Below, piece after piece: positions 1-9,436 of a DNA stretch of 64,000 nt (positions within the stretch are counted from its first letter, which is position 1; each line of letters opens with the position of its first letter). A model generated the notes under the pieces. It ran no database searches and was not told the origin of the DNA. It worked only from the letters and a program-made list of their open reading frames with translations. A program made the position numbers and the translations under genes. Location of the stretch: the NCBI GenBank assembly GCA_964510435.1, contig CAZEBU010000001.1, positions 234,503-298,502 of the forward strand. Reading direction: 5' to 3'. Source of the DNA: an uncultured Candidatus Saccharibacteria bacterium (lineage in GTDB: Bacteria; Patescibacteriota; WWE3; UBA101185; UBA10185).

Positions 1-122
1 TTAAGATCACTGGGTACTGTTTTAATTGTTTTCCCGAATAATTTGGAATAAAGCATAGTACTAATAAGGTATACCGTCTAAACTTTGTTGTTGTCAACTA
101 GAAAAGATATAATGGGCTGAGT

Positions 123-2408
123 ATGACTGAAATGCCTAAAAAATATAACCATAGAGCCAGCGAAGAGGAGGTTTACAAATACTGGGAGAGCTTGCAGGCG
201 TTTTCCCCGGAAGGTGCTAAGAAACTGAGAGATAAGTATGGCTTAGAGACACTAGACGAACATTTTAGTGTTTTAATGCCGCCTCCTAATGCTAACGCCC
301 CGCTACATTGCGGACATGCTACGTATGCCATACAGGATCTCATGACCAGGTATAAAAGGATGCGAGGCTATAAAACATTGTATTTGCCTGGTACAGACCA
401 CGCAGGTTTTGAAACGCAGGTAGTCTTTGAGAAGAATCTCAAAAAAGAAGGTAAGAGCCGCTTTGATTTTGATACCAAAACTTTGTACAACCGAATTCTG
501 GACTTTGTCAAAGAAAATGCAGACCTAGCCATTAGCCAATTGAAGCGGTTGGGTATAAGTGCGGATTGGTCAAGAAACACCTTTATGCTAGATACCCACG
601 TTTTGAGAACAGTTTTGGACACTTTTAAAAAAATGTATCAGGAAGGCTTGATCTACCGGGATGTCTATTTGGTAAATTACTCTCCCTATCATGGCACAAC
701 TTTTAGTAATTTGGAGACCACACACATAGAAACTATCTCACCTTTATATTACGTTTCTTATCGGATCAAAGACTCGCAGGAGAAAGTCACCGTGGCTACA
801 GTTCGTCCGGAGACGATCTATGCCGATGTAGCCGTGGCCGTAAACCCCAAGGATAAAAGATATAAAAAGTTGCTAGGTAAAACCGTCATAAATCCTTTAA
901 ACGATAGAGAAATGCTTGTTATAAAGGATCCGTATGTTGATATGGCGTTTGGTACAGGGGTATTAAAAATTACTCCGGGACATGATTTTAATGACTTTGA
1001 AATTGGCCGAAAGCACAAACTGGAGATGCTTTCGGTAATTGATCTGGAAGGTAAAATGACTAGCGACGCAGGAGAGGTGGCTGGGATGGATGCCTACGCG
1101 GCCAGAAGTAGGGTAGTAGATATTCTCAAAGAAGTAAGCGCTCTGGAAAAGGTAAATGAAAGATATACCCATAAGTTGCTGGTTGACTATAGGGATAGCA
1201 AGCCTATCGAGCCCTTGCTGCTGCCGAACTGGTTTATTAAAATGGAGGATCTTGCTCATGAGGCTATAAAAGCTATAGAAAAGGGTAGGGTTACATTTAA
1301 TCGTGTCCTTTGGAAAAAGGAAATACTACGCTGGTTAACGAGCATCACGGATTGGCCGATAAGCAGGCAGATCGTTTTTGGGATTCGCATCCCCGCTTGG
1401 TACAACGTCAAAGAAAATCCCGATCTTCATGTAGTTTTTATTGATGGAAAAGGAGTAAGCCATGAAGGTTCAATTTCTAAATTACTGGCAGAATTTAGTT
1501 TGGAGGAAATTAACCGGGGTACGCAGAAAATCATTGCTCCTACCAAAGCAATGTTTGTTGTGTCAGAGGAGAGTCCGGGAGGAGACTATATACAGGAAAC
1601 CGATACTTTTGACACCTGGTTTAGTTCCGGACAGTGGCCTCTTACCACTCTCAAATATCCGGAGCACAAAGACTTTAAACAGTTTTTCCCCACCAGCTTT
1701 ATGGATTCCATGTGGGACATCCTATTTTTTTGGATTGCACGCATGCTTATGCTTAGTCTTTATTTAACCGGAGAAGTGCCTTATAAAGCGGTGTATATCC
1801 ATGGCAGGATCACTGATGAAAAAGGCCAAAAGATGAGCAAAAGCAGAGGTAATGTTATTGACCCCATCGATTTTGTAGAAAAGTACGGCGCAGATGCTCT
1901 AAGGATGGGCGTTTTGGTGGGAGGGAATACCTCTGCTAAAAACACCTCTTTAAGTGAGGACAAGGTGAGGGGTTACAGAAACTTTGCTAACAAAATATGG
2001 AATATGGCCAGGTTTATGAATTTGATGTTTGAGGATCATCAAGGCAAGGTTTTCTTGGAGGTGCAAAAGGCAGCGGATCTTAACAGCGAGGATCAGGAAA
2101 TACTTTCCGGATTGGGCAAATTGGTGGAGAAGGTGACGGAAGATCTAGAGGGGTATAGATTTGCTGATGCCGGAGATGCTATCTATCACTTTATGTGGCA
2201 TGAATTAGCGGATAAGTATATTGAGCAGGTGAAGGGTAGAGAAGATAAGGAGGTTGCCTTGGGTGTGCTAAGGTACGTATTTACGGAATGTTTAAAGCTG
2301 CTGCACCCCTATATGCCTTTTGTTACCGAGAAAATTTGGCAATACATTCCAGAAAGTACCGGTGAACCCCTTATTATTAGTAGCTGGCCGGGAGATAATG
2401 GGAGATGA
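123..2408 (+). CDS. valS: Valine--tRNA ligase (class I aaRS), short form without the C-terminal coiled-coil extension
   Basis: HIGH-type motif in PPPNANAPLHCGHA and KMSKS motif in KMSKSRGNVIDP. GTDHAGFETQ matches the ValRS signature GTDHAGIATQ. 761 aa is shorter than typical ValRS of about 880 aa. Confidence 0.85.
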   Translation: MTEMPKKYNHRASEEEVYKYWESLQAFSPEGAKKLRDKYGLETLDEHFSVLMPPPNANAPLHCGHATYAIQDLMTRYKRMRGYKTLYLPGTDHAGFETQVVFEKNLKKEGKSRFDFDTKTLYNRILDFVKENADLAISQLKRLGISADWSRNTFMLDTHVLRTVLDTFKKMYQEGLIYRDVYLVNYSPYHGTTFSNLETTHIETISPLYYVSYRIKDSQEKVTVATVRPETIYADVAVAVNPKDKRYKKLLGKTVINPLNDREMLVIKDPYVDMAFGTGVLKITPGHDFNDFEIGRKHKLEMLSVIDLEGKMTSDAGEVAGMDAYAARSRVVDILKEVSALEKVNERYTHKLLVDYRDSKPIEPLLLPNWFIKMEDLAHEAIKAIEKGRVTFNRVLWKKEILRWLTSITDWPISRQIVFGIRIPAWYNVKENPDLHVVFIDGKGVSHEGSISKLLAEFSLEEINRGTQKIIAPTKAMFVVSEESPGGDYIQETDTFDTWFSSGQWPLTTLKYPEHKDFKQFFPTSFMDSMWDILFFWIARMLMLSLYLTGEVPYKAVYIHGRITDEKGQKMSKSRGNVIDPIDFVEKYGADALRMGVLVGGNTSAKNTSLSEDKVRGYRNFANKIWNMARFMNLMFEDHQGKVFLEVQKAADLNSEDQEILSGLGKLVEKVTEDLEGYRFADAGDAIYHFMWHELADKYIEQVKGREDKEVALGVLRYVFTECLKLLHPYMPFVTEKIWQYIPESTGEPLIISSWPGDNGR

Positions 2409-2424
2409 GTAGTAGTTATATGCC

Positions 2425-3126
2425 TTATTGTTCCTCTTGAGATCCTTTTTCCTCGCCACCCTCGGGTTTTTCTTTCTCATCTTCCTCGCTTGGTTCTTTT
2501 TCCTCTGTAGCCTCAATGTCAGCTAAAGCTTCTGCTTCGTCGATTTCCTCTTCCTCTTCTTCTTCGAGCATCTGCGCATAGTCAAGTTTGACTACTATTT
2601 CTTCAGGTTCTTGGTTGAGGATCTCCACTTTTTCCCGATCGTATTTTAGATCGGTAATAGTAATAGAGCTATCTATGTCTTGTAATTCCGCAGCATCTAC
2701 CGCGAATTTTTCCGGAAGATCAGTAGGTAATGCCTCAACTTCTACCTCGTTTAAGAGGAGAAGGATCATAGCCTCACCGTTTTTTACCAGCTCATTTTTT
2801 TCTTCATTAATAACCTCTACGGGGATGTTGGCTCTGGTCTTTTCTTTAAGATTTACTTCGTAAAAACCAATATGAACCGGTTGAGAAGTAATATGGTGCT
2901 CTTGGACATCTTTAACTAGAACGGGATGTTTGTCACCTTCAATAACAAGGTCAATAACCTGAGTTTCACCTGCACCCTCAAAGATCTTGGTGAAATCATT
3001 ATGGCTAACGGTAATTGGGAGGGATTCCAGCCCCTTGCCGAAGATAACAGCCGGTATGAGTCTACTCTCTCTTAGGCTTTTCGTTTTTTTACGGAAAACT
3101 TGTCTTTTTTGTCCAGTAAGTTCCAT
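2425..3126 (-). CDS. rplY: Ribosomal protein L25 / general stress protein Ctc form with long acidic C-terminal tail
   Basis: N-terminus MELTGQKRQVFRKKTKSLRESRLIPAVIFGKG is typical of L25/Ctc. The C-terminus is a Glu/Asp-rich low-complexity tail. Confidence 0.8.
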   Translation of the reverse strand: MELTGQKRQVFRKKTKSLRESRLIPAVIFGKGLESLPITVSHNDFTKIFEGAGETQVIDLVIEGDKHPVLVKDVQEHHITSQPVHIGFYEVNLKEKTRANIPVEVINEEKNELVKNGEAMILLLLNEVEVEALPTDLPEKFAVDAAELQDIDSSITITDLKYDREKVEILNQEPEEIVVKLDYAQMLEEEEEEEIDEAEALADIEATEEKEPSEEDEKEKPEGGEEKGSQEEQ

Positions 3127-3425
3127 ATATTTTTTTTAACTAACATTTTGTGCAAGTCTAAGAGGTCATCGTAACTTACACTTTTTACACCCATGAACTT
3201 TTTGAACTCCGTGACATTAAGATCCGAAATTAACGGAGTTACCCCACCGCCGGCTGAAGTAATAGTAACCATACTTTCTGCTCGGCACTTGGTACAGACG
3301 GCGTGAGCTACCAAAGCTATGGGCGCATCCTTGATCGTTTCCAACTTCGCCCGCTCAAGACTGGTACCGCATTTATAACAGAAAGTTTTTTGTAAGTATT
3401 CATTAATGTAAGATTGTTCAAGCAT
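3072..3425 (-). CDS. Small zinc-ribbon protein (CxxC...CxxC), unknown function; 3' end overlaps rplY start by 54 nt
   Basis: Two CxxC pairs (CYKCG...CTKCR). The ORF overlaps the rplY start, so the true extent is uncertain. Confidence 0.35.
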   Translation of the reverse strand: MLEQSYINEYLQKTFCYKCGTSLERAKLETIKDAPIALVAHAVCTKCRAESMVTITSAGGGVTPLISDLNVTEFKKFMGVKSVSYDDLLDLHKMLVKKNIWNLLDKKDKFSVKKRKA

Positions 3426-3462
3426 ACTTTTTGTTGGAAACTTTGCAATTTTACTTTAGATC

Positions 3463-5340
3463 TTATGGCAAATCAAGCTCGAATACTTTACTGCCGCTGA
3501 GAAGGAACATTTTTGTTTCGTTGGAGTTGACACTGATGCTTCTAATGTCGTTCCAATCTGCATCCTTTTCTGCCTTGAGTTGCCTAACGAGTTTACCTTC
3601 TGTAGTTAAAACTAAAACCCTGCTATTTCCCTTATCAGCTACATAAATATTATCAAAGGCAGTGCTGGTGATAATATCTGAGGGATTGCTAAGAGGCTTA
3701 TCCAAACCGCTAATTTCGAAATCAGTCTTTTCTCCCTGTGTAAAAACAGACAACGTGCCGTCACCGGAAATGAGATAGACGCTGTAGGAAATACTTATGG
3801 CTTTGGCATTAGAAAACTCTGCGCCTTCGCCCCAGGTGGAACTGGTAAGCTCATCCCCGGAGGTAACGTACTTAACAAGCGTAGCCCCTTCGGAAGAATA
3901 AATGTTGCCCAGATATCTACCAGATGTACCAAAATCACCCGCGTAAGATTCGGAGACTGTCTTATTGATAAGATCGTAAGCTTTATAACCTGCATCATCA
4001 GCAAAGTTAAGCTTGCCGTCATAATTTACCGCACTCTTTATGCCGGGGAATGTATTTTCCAAAGCGGTAAATTTAGGGGTGTCCAGATCCGAGGTGAATA
4101 TTTTTCCTGAGGTAGTGTCTGTTACCACGACCGTGTTGTTGAAGAGGGCAATATCGGTGGGATTAGCAGTTTCGTCGGCCAGTTTAATATCATAAAAAGG
4201 CTGTGCGGCTACTCTCTCCAAACTATCGGGTTCCTCCTTTTCAGGTACAGGGGGCACCGGCTCTTCTAGTTGCTTTTCAGGTTGAGGCTGCTTTTTAGGG
4301 GTTTCCGATTCCGGTTTATTGAATTCTTTAGGAACAGTAAGTGTGGTAGTGTCCCCCTCTTCTTGCTCGCCGGTTTGTATCTGCTCGTCTTTGTCTCCGC
4401 GATTTCTCAATATTATCGTGGCTCCCATGGAAATACCCAACAACAAAAGAACAACGACCAGCAAAGATTTGGAAGTTATCTTATATCTTGGTCCCATGTG
4501 TGATTTGAGTTTAATATTTGGTGGATTGTTTTGTTTTTCCGTAGGTGCATCACCAACGGCACCTGCCAGTGTAGCTATTGGTTTGTCTTTAGTCTCCTTT
4601 TTGGCAGTCATTTTTTTAATTCCCTCCAACATTGATGACACTTTGGGCATTTTCTTATCCTTCTTTAAACTGAAATCTATCACTTCGTCTTCCGTAAACT
4701 CTGTGTCCACCATAAATTTTAATATCATGCACGACTGGTTATGTTCAAGGTCGTTCGAAGATAAGGAAGTATCTAGTAGTTTATCAGGTGGATATTTATT
4801 AGAAAAGTTTTCCGAACATAAAACAATAACATCATCATCTTTAACCACCCCGGAGGCCACGGAGAAATTCCCTTCTGAAGTTGAACTTACCTTATTGATC
4901 TCCCCTTCCCGCATGAGAAAACTTTTGGCGTTACCATACTGCACTATATAAAGAACATTTCCCCACAACACGCCCGCCAAGATATTAAAAGTTACTTTTT
5001 GATCTGAGACCGGTTGTTTTCCTTTTACGGTTTGTTCCTGTACAGCAAGGTTGGTAATTTTTTCGTTAATATCAACGATAGCCTTTTCCAGAGATTGTAT
5101 AGGTGAAATATTGTCCGAATGATAGTAGGAGTCAAACAAAACATCATTGATCACTTTGCAAATAAGCGAAACGTTAAGTTCCACGGGGCTATTGATATCA
5201 AAGACAGTATAAACACTACCCTTTTTTAAAATTAGATCACGTTCGGTAGGCTCTATGGCTAAACTAGTAGAAAAGCCGGTTTCGTTTTCGGTAAGGATGG
5301 GCACAAGTTTTTGGATTTTTGCAGTCAGTTTTTTGTTCAT
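3463..5340 (-). CDS. Bitopic membrane protein: N-terminal cytoplasmic PP2C/SpoIIE-like (possibly degenerate) domain, one TM helix, Pro/Glu-rich linker, C-terminal beta-propeller-like (NHL-type) repeats
   Basis: N-terminal region resembles the PP2C fold (e.g. FNILAGVLWGNVLYIVQYGNAKSFLMREGEINKV, DDDVIVLCSENF) but lacks the clear DGxGG metal motif. One hydrophobic helix LLVVVLLLLGISMGATIIL. C-terminal repeated motifs such as NIYVADKGNSRVLVL. Confidence 0.5.
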   Translation of the reverse strand: MNKKLTAKIQKLVPILTENETGFSTSLAIEPTERDLILKKGSVYTVFDINSPVELNVSLICKVINDVLFDSYYHSDNISPIQSLEKAIVDINEKITNLAVQEQTVKGKQPVSDQKVTFNILAGVLWGNVLYIVQYGNAKSFLMREGEINKVSSTSEGNFSVASGVVKDDDVIVLCSENFSNKYPPDKLLDTSLSSNDLEHNQSCMILKFMVDTEFTEDEVIDFSLKKDKKMPKVSSMLEGIKKMTAKKETKDKPIATLAGAVGDAPTEKQNNPPNIKLKSHMGPRYKITSKSLLVVVLLLLGISMGATIILRNRGDKDEQIQTGEQEEGDTTTLTVPKEFNKPESETPKKQPQPEKQLEEPVPPVPEKEEPDSLERVAAQPFYDIKLADETANPTDIALFNNTVVVTDTTSGKIFTSDLDTPKFTALENTFPGIKSAVNYDGKLNFADDAGYKAYDLINKTVSESYAGDFGTSGRYLGNIYSSEGATLVKYVTSGDELTSSTWGEGAEFSNAKAISISYSVYLISGDGTLSVFTQGEKTDFEISGLDKPLSNPSDIITSTAFDNIYVADKGNSRVLVLTTEGKLVRQLKAEKDADWNDIRSISVNSNETKMFLLSGSKVFELDLP

Positions 5341-5341
5341 C

Positions 5342-5581
5342 TTAGAATATGGTTATTATTGTAAACAAAAACAAGAACAAAGTCGCGAAAAAGTGCCCGT
5401 AAGAAAGACGAACTAATAGAGGAGCCACATCAGTTTGGAAACTTTTGTTAAGCAGCCTAACCTGCCTCACCATTAAAAAGGCAAAGATCAGATAAAAGAA
5501 TAAGACGAAAGCGATAAACAGCTGTACGATCAATCCTAGAGCAATGGCGCTGTTTAGTGTGTTAATAAAATCAATTTCCAT
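5342..5581 (-). CDS. Small hydrophobic membrane protein
   Basis: 79 aa with two predicted TM helices. Immediately downstream of and overlapping the 5571..6158 ORF. Confidence 0.35.
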   Translation of the reverse strand: MEIDFINTLNSAIALGLIVQLFIAFVLFFYLIFAFLMVRQVRLLNKSFQTDVAPLLVRLSYGHFFATLFLFLFTIITIF

Positions 5582-6158
5582 ATAATCCTTTCACTTCCGA
5601 AACCAGATCAGACAAGATATCCTGCAGCTTTCCCGGATCGGAAACACTATAAAATTCGATCTCTCTTCTTTCTGCTGCTGTTTGTATGGAAACGTTGCCA
5701 AAGTTGAAAAGAGTTTCCAGGGCACCGCTCACAGTATAAGTTATATCCTCAATATTTCTTAGGGGTGCTTCGGAAATGTTCCTATGCAGCAGGTGGTCAA
5801 AGTCCATGTCAACCACCCGTTTGTTAGTAACAATGTAAACATTGAAGAACCAGTTTAGAAATCTTTCGAACATATAACCGAAAGTAAAAATATACCAAAA
5901 GGCATTGACAATAAAGACCAGCACCAGCGAGAGTAAGTTAGGATAAGAATTGTTAAAGGAGGCTATGAACGCGTTGAAAAATAATGGTGCCAACAGCAAA
6001 CCGATGGAGGAAACAATCCAGCCAACATTTGTGATCAAGGCTTTTCTAAAGACATACAAAATTTCCTCGTCCCCATCCTCGCCCTCAAAGTATGTTTTGT
6101 CTGGTTTCTCAAGTACGGAGTTAGTTAGTATGTCTAACATGCTGATATTATATCTCAC
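5571..6158 (-). CDS. Membrane protein with two TM helices followed by a bacterial PH-like (bPH_2/DUF304-like) domain
   Basis: Two N-terminal TM helices followed by a ~100-aa soluble domain. The architecture is typical of YdbS/YdbT-like proteins. Confidence 0.4.
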   Translation of the reverse strand: MRYNISMLDILTNSVLEKPDKTYFEGEDGDEEILYVFRKALITNVGWIVSSIGLLLAPLFFNAFIASFNNSYPNLLSLVLVFIVNAFWYIFTFGYMFERFLNWFFNVYIVTNKRVVDMDFDHLLHRNISEAPLRNIEDITYTVSGALETLFNFGNVSIQTAAERREIEFYSVSDPGKLQDILSDLVSEVKGLYGN

Positions 6159-6215
6159 TTCGTTCGATGCGTCGCTTCGAGACTAAGAATTTAAACTTTG
6201 CTTTTTAGGTATGAG

Positions 6216-8042
6216 CTATTCCTTTTCGAAATCGAAGAGGCGGCTTCTGATGGCTACATATGAGGGTGCTCTAAGATTGAAGACCGTTTTAAAGGTTTGT
6301 CCGTCTATTTTAACTGTACCGTTATCGGTCTCTAATTCTACCTGTGAGGTATAACCGCCGTTACTGACATCTACACTGATGCTTTTGACCTTTTTGTAGC
6401 TCTTACCGTATTTATTGGCTTTGTCACGCATTTTGTCTAGTGAGTAAGGGTCTCCGCCCCAGCAGCTGGTAGTCACCGGCGTGATACGATCCTTTTCGCT
6501 GCCGGAGCCTTTTGTCCAGACTACCCAGGCATTTACGATATCCGCCATTTCTTCTTCGGTGAGCCAAGGATGGGATCTACCGCAGTTGCTATTGTCATTG
6601 TAGCTTTTGGTATACCAGGCTTTTCTAAACCAAGGGCTGCCGCCTTCTTTTTCATAAGCATCCTCAGGCCAGCACGAAGAGCCACCGCATTTTGTGTCCC
6701 AACCAACGTTATTAATATAACCTCCGGTAGTGGAGGAATACCATCCATAACCGGAAGCATCGGTGCTGCCGTCGATGATCTTGTTTTTTGTATCTTTGAC
6801 TGCGTCCTTCCATCTACCCGGGGGATCATCGCTTTTACTCTTTAGGAATACCTGACAGTTTTGTGTTGTACAAATACAGAGACCTTTTTTGGCAAACCTG
6901 TAGGCATAAGATCTGCCAGCCACCGCCTGTGCTTTCAAGGCGTCTGAATCCCAGCTGCTAGGCATCTCGGCCAAACCATAGAGGTATTTCTGGTAGTCCA
7001 TCTCGCCGTAGCCTTCCACGCAGATCTTGCTAGGAAAATCATCCTTTTCTTTTACATCTTCCTCATAATAAAACTCAATAATGTCTTTATAACCTTTACC
7101 CTTTTCCGCCCTGCCTCTAGCTCCATACTGACTCATTCCTTTATAGTGCGTGTACGCTCCGTAACTAAAGGCGGCAAAAGCAGGGTCAAAAGGAGGATCC
7201 GGGGTCTTAGCTTCGGAGGGTTCATATTCTCCCACACTACCGCTTTCCGTACCGTATTTTTGGTTTAAAATAGCTTGTTGTTTAGAGGAGAGCTCGGCGA
7301 TTTCCTGCTCCAGGTCAAAGAGTTCCTCTTCGTAATCTTCCTCTTCCTCTTCCAAGTTACTGAACTCATTTTGTGCCGAAGCTTTTTTACTATCTACATC
7401 AGCTTTTAGAGATAACAAACTGTTTTGTGTACCTTCCAGCTCGGATATGATAGTTTCCGCTTCCAGCCTGTCTGTTTCAAAGGTGTTGATCTCTGAATTC
7501 AACAAGTAGATCCATTGTAAAGCGTCGTCAGTGAGGGATTTATTAAATATGTAAGAGAAAGATGAATACTGGAATCCGGTGAGATTAGTACCAAAGGGAT
7601 TGAAGGCAAAAAATATTTCCAGGTCGCTCTTAAATCTTTTTTTGGAATAATTTCTGATAACTTTGTTTCTAAAATCAATCTTTTCTGCCAGCTTACCGCG
7701 GCGATCACTGAGGTTTTCGTTGATGATGTTTAGCTCTTCGCTGATAAAGTTAATTTCGCTTTGCAGCTCGTCAATTTGTGCTTGTGTCACATTTAGTTCC
7801 GAAAGGTACTGGTTTATGGTGGCTTCAATGTTGTCCATTTTGCCTCTAATATCGCCTAGCTTATTTGAGGTGGACTCGTATTTTTCTTGTTTGTCTTCGA
7901 TCTTATTGGCGTAGCAGTCTGCTCTGTCATCTAGATCTTGGATCTCCGAGCATCCCCCAACAACCGGTTTGGGTACAAGAGCCAGCAGGAAAGCCAGAGA
8001 TACTATGAGGAGAGATGTTTTAAACAGGTTCCTTGCGGGCAT
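6216..8042 (-). CDS. Secreted coiled-coil protein with C-terminal SpoIID/LytB-like domain (peptidoglycan remodelling)
   Basis: N-terminal signal peptide and a long heptad-rich coiled-coil region. C-terminal AQAVAGRSYAYRFAKKGLCICTTQNCQVF matches the SpoIID family motif (AQAVAARTYA...CDTTxCQVY). Confidence 0.6.
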   Translation of the reverse strand: MPARNLFKTSLLIVSLAFLLALVPKPVVGGCSEIQDLDDRADCYANKIEDKQEKYESTSNKLGDIRGKMDNIEATINQYLSELNVTQAQIDELQSEINFISEELNIINENLSDRRGKLAEKIDFRNKVIRNYSKKRFKSDLEIFFAFNPFGTNLTGFQYSSFSYIFNKSLTDDALQWIYLLNSEINTFETDRLEAETIISELEGTQNSLLSLKADVDSKKASAQNEFSNLEEEEEDYEEELFDLEQEIAELSSKQQAILNQKYGTESGSVGEYEPSEAKTPDPPFDPAFAAFSYGAYTHYKGMSQYGARGRAEKGKGYKDIIEFYYEEDVKEKDDFPSKICVEGYGEMDYQKYLYGLAEMPSSWDSDALKAQAVAGRSYAYRFAKKGLCICTTQNCQVFLKSKSDDPPGRWKDAVKDTKNKIIDGSTDASGYGWYSSTTGGYINNVGWDTKCGGSSCWPEDAYEKEGGSPWFRKAWYTKSYNDNSNCGRSHPWLTEEEMADIVNAWVVWTKGSGSEKDRITPVTTSCWGGDPYSLDKMRDKANKYGKSYKKVKSISVDVSNGGYTSQVELETDNGTVKIDGQTFKTVFNLRAPSYVAIRSRLFDFEKE

Positions 8043-8155
8043 GCTACCAAATTATATGGCTTTAGAGGTTATGACTCAAGTTTGTTACATAAGTTATTAT
8101 GCCCGTGCTAATAGCTTACTTGACTATTTTTCTCTATATTTGATAATTAAGTGGT

Positions 8156-8518
8156 ATGGTTAAAATCTTGCAAACCCTAGGATACTTTGTCTTTTCGCTG
8201 TTTGCATCCGCAGGGGTTGTTTACGCTGATGCGGAATCGGTACAGGAATTTATTGACAGCGTCGCTTTGGATGAGGCTGAGATAGCTGTAGGTATATATA
8301 ACTTCTTATTTCCTATTGGTTTGGCCGTAGGTTTTTTTGCCATAATCATGGCAGGCTACTCATACCTAACTAGCCAAGGACAACCGGATAAGGTAAAAGA
8401 AGCTAGCGAAAAATTAACCAGCGCTATACTTGGTATTATTTTTATAGCTCTATCTCTGGTCATCTTGCGGATCATTGTAGTTTCGTTATTGGGAGGCTCA
8501 TTACCCTTAGCTACGTAG
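8156..8518 (+). CDS. Small secreted two-helix hairpin protein, VirB2/TrbC-pilin-like (paralog 1 of 4)
   Basis: Signal peptide (..AGVVYA|DAES). Two hydrophobic helices separated by a short polar loop (AGYSYLTSQGQPDK...). Conserved motifs are shared with the next three ORFs. Confidence 0.5.
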   Translation: MVKILQTLGYFVFSLFASAGVVYADAESVQEFIDSVALDEAEIAVGIYNFLFPIGLAVGFFAIIMAGYSYLTSQGQPDKVKEASEKLTSAILGIIFIALSLVILRIIVVSLLGGSLPLAT

Positions 8519-8642
8519 TCATTACCAACCCATAACTTGAGATCCTACCGTTGTGTTGTCACTGGTGATTCTAAAGGTTATAATTAATTCATTACTTGGT
8601 CCGATTTACTTTTATTTTAAAGGAGGTGTAAGTTAACGAACT

Positions 8643-8996
8643 ATGTTATTACAAAAAGTGTATGCAGCAGGAACAGCTGTGAGTACTACCATTACCGACC
8701 CATTAACAAACTACACCAGCTTAGGTCAAGTCTTTAACTTTTTGCTCAATCTGTTTATTGGTATCGGTTGGGCCTTGGTTTTTGTCATGTTAGCTTTGGG
8801 TTTTGTACAGTACGTAATGTCACGAGGAGAGAAAACCGCTGTCGAGTCTGCCCAGAAATGGTTGACTTATGCCGTTATCGGTGGCGTTGGGTTGTTCTTT
8901 GTCTCTTTTGTGAGGAGGATAGTACCACAATTGTTAGGAGGTACTGCCGGTCCAGGAACTGGCCTTACAACAGGTGGAGACCTAACACCGTTCTAA
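8643..8996 (+). CDS. Small two-helix hairpin protein, VirB2/TrbC-pilin-like (paralog 2 of 4)
   Basis: RBS AAAGGAGG upstream. Core hairpin LGFVQYVMSRGEKTAVESAQKWLTYAVIGGVGLFFVSFVRRIVPQLLGG aligns with the other paralogs. Gly-rich C-terminal tail. Confidence 0.5.
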   Translation: MLLQKVYAAGTAVSTTITDPLTNYTSLGQVFNFLLNLFIGIGWALVFVMLALGFVQYVMSRGEKTAVESAQKWLTYAVIGGVGLFFVSFVRRIVPQLLGGTAGPGTGLTTGGDLTPF

Positions 8997-9049
8997 CGAG
9001 TATTGTTATTATTGTTACTGCAGTAATTACGAGATCTCAAAAAGGAAAA

Positions 9050-9077
9050 GCTCCAATGTTAACATTGGGGCTTTTTT
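9050..9077 (+). terminator. Rho-independent terminator after pilin-like paralog 2
   Basis: 9-bp stem GCTCCAATG/CATTGGGGC (one G-U pair) with a TTAA loop, followed by TTTTTTG. Confidence 0.55.
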
Positions 9078-9091
9078 GTTAAAATTATTTT

Positions 9092-9430
9092 ATGTTTGAT
9101 ACTCTACAAAGTATTTTTGGTTCGGTAGGCGCAGGTAGCCCAGGTAACAGCAAATATATTAGTTTTGCAGCTATGGCGGGTGCCGTCTTGAACTTTATGA
9201 TGGCCGTTGCCTTTGCGATCAGTATTTTAGCTGTGGCATACTCCGCTATCATGTACATTGTGAGCGGTGGAAATCCTGATAATACCAAGAAAGCTTGGAA
9301 TGCGTTTATATATGGAGTAGTTGGCGCTGCAGTTTCAGTAGGATTGTTTGCCTTGACCCGCATTGTTTTAAGTGGGTTTGGGGTTGAAGGTGTGCGAACT
9401 GATATTAATCAAATTATCCCAGGCTTTTAG
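9092..9430 (+). CDS. Small two-helix hairpin protein, VirB2/TrbC-pilin-like (paralog 3 of 4)
   Basis: Core VAYSAIMYIVSGGNPDNTKKAWNAFIYGVVGAAVSVGLFALTRIVLSGFG aligns with paralogs 1, 2 and 4. Confidence 0.5.
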   Translation: MFDTLQSIFGSVGAGSPGNSKYISFAAMAGAVLNFMMAVAFAISILAVAYSAIMYIVSGGNPDNTKKAWNAFIYGVVGAAVSVGLFALTRIVLSGFGVEGVRTDINQIIPGF

Positions 9431-9436
9431 AACAGG

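Noticed and set aside
368-2516. Short antisense or out-of-frame ORFs inside valS (368..622, 818..1018, 963..1259, 1462..1767, 1781..1963, 2292..2516)
   Set aside because: They sit within a well-supported 761-aa aaRS gene. They have no RBS and no motifs and are low-complexity translations.
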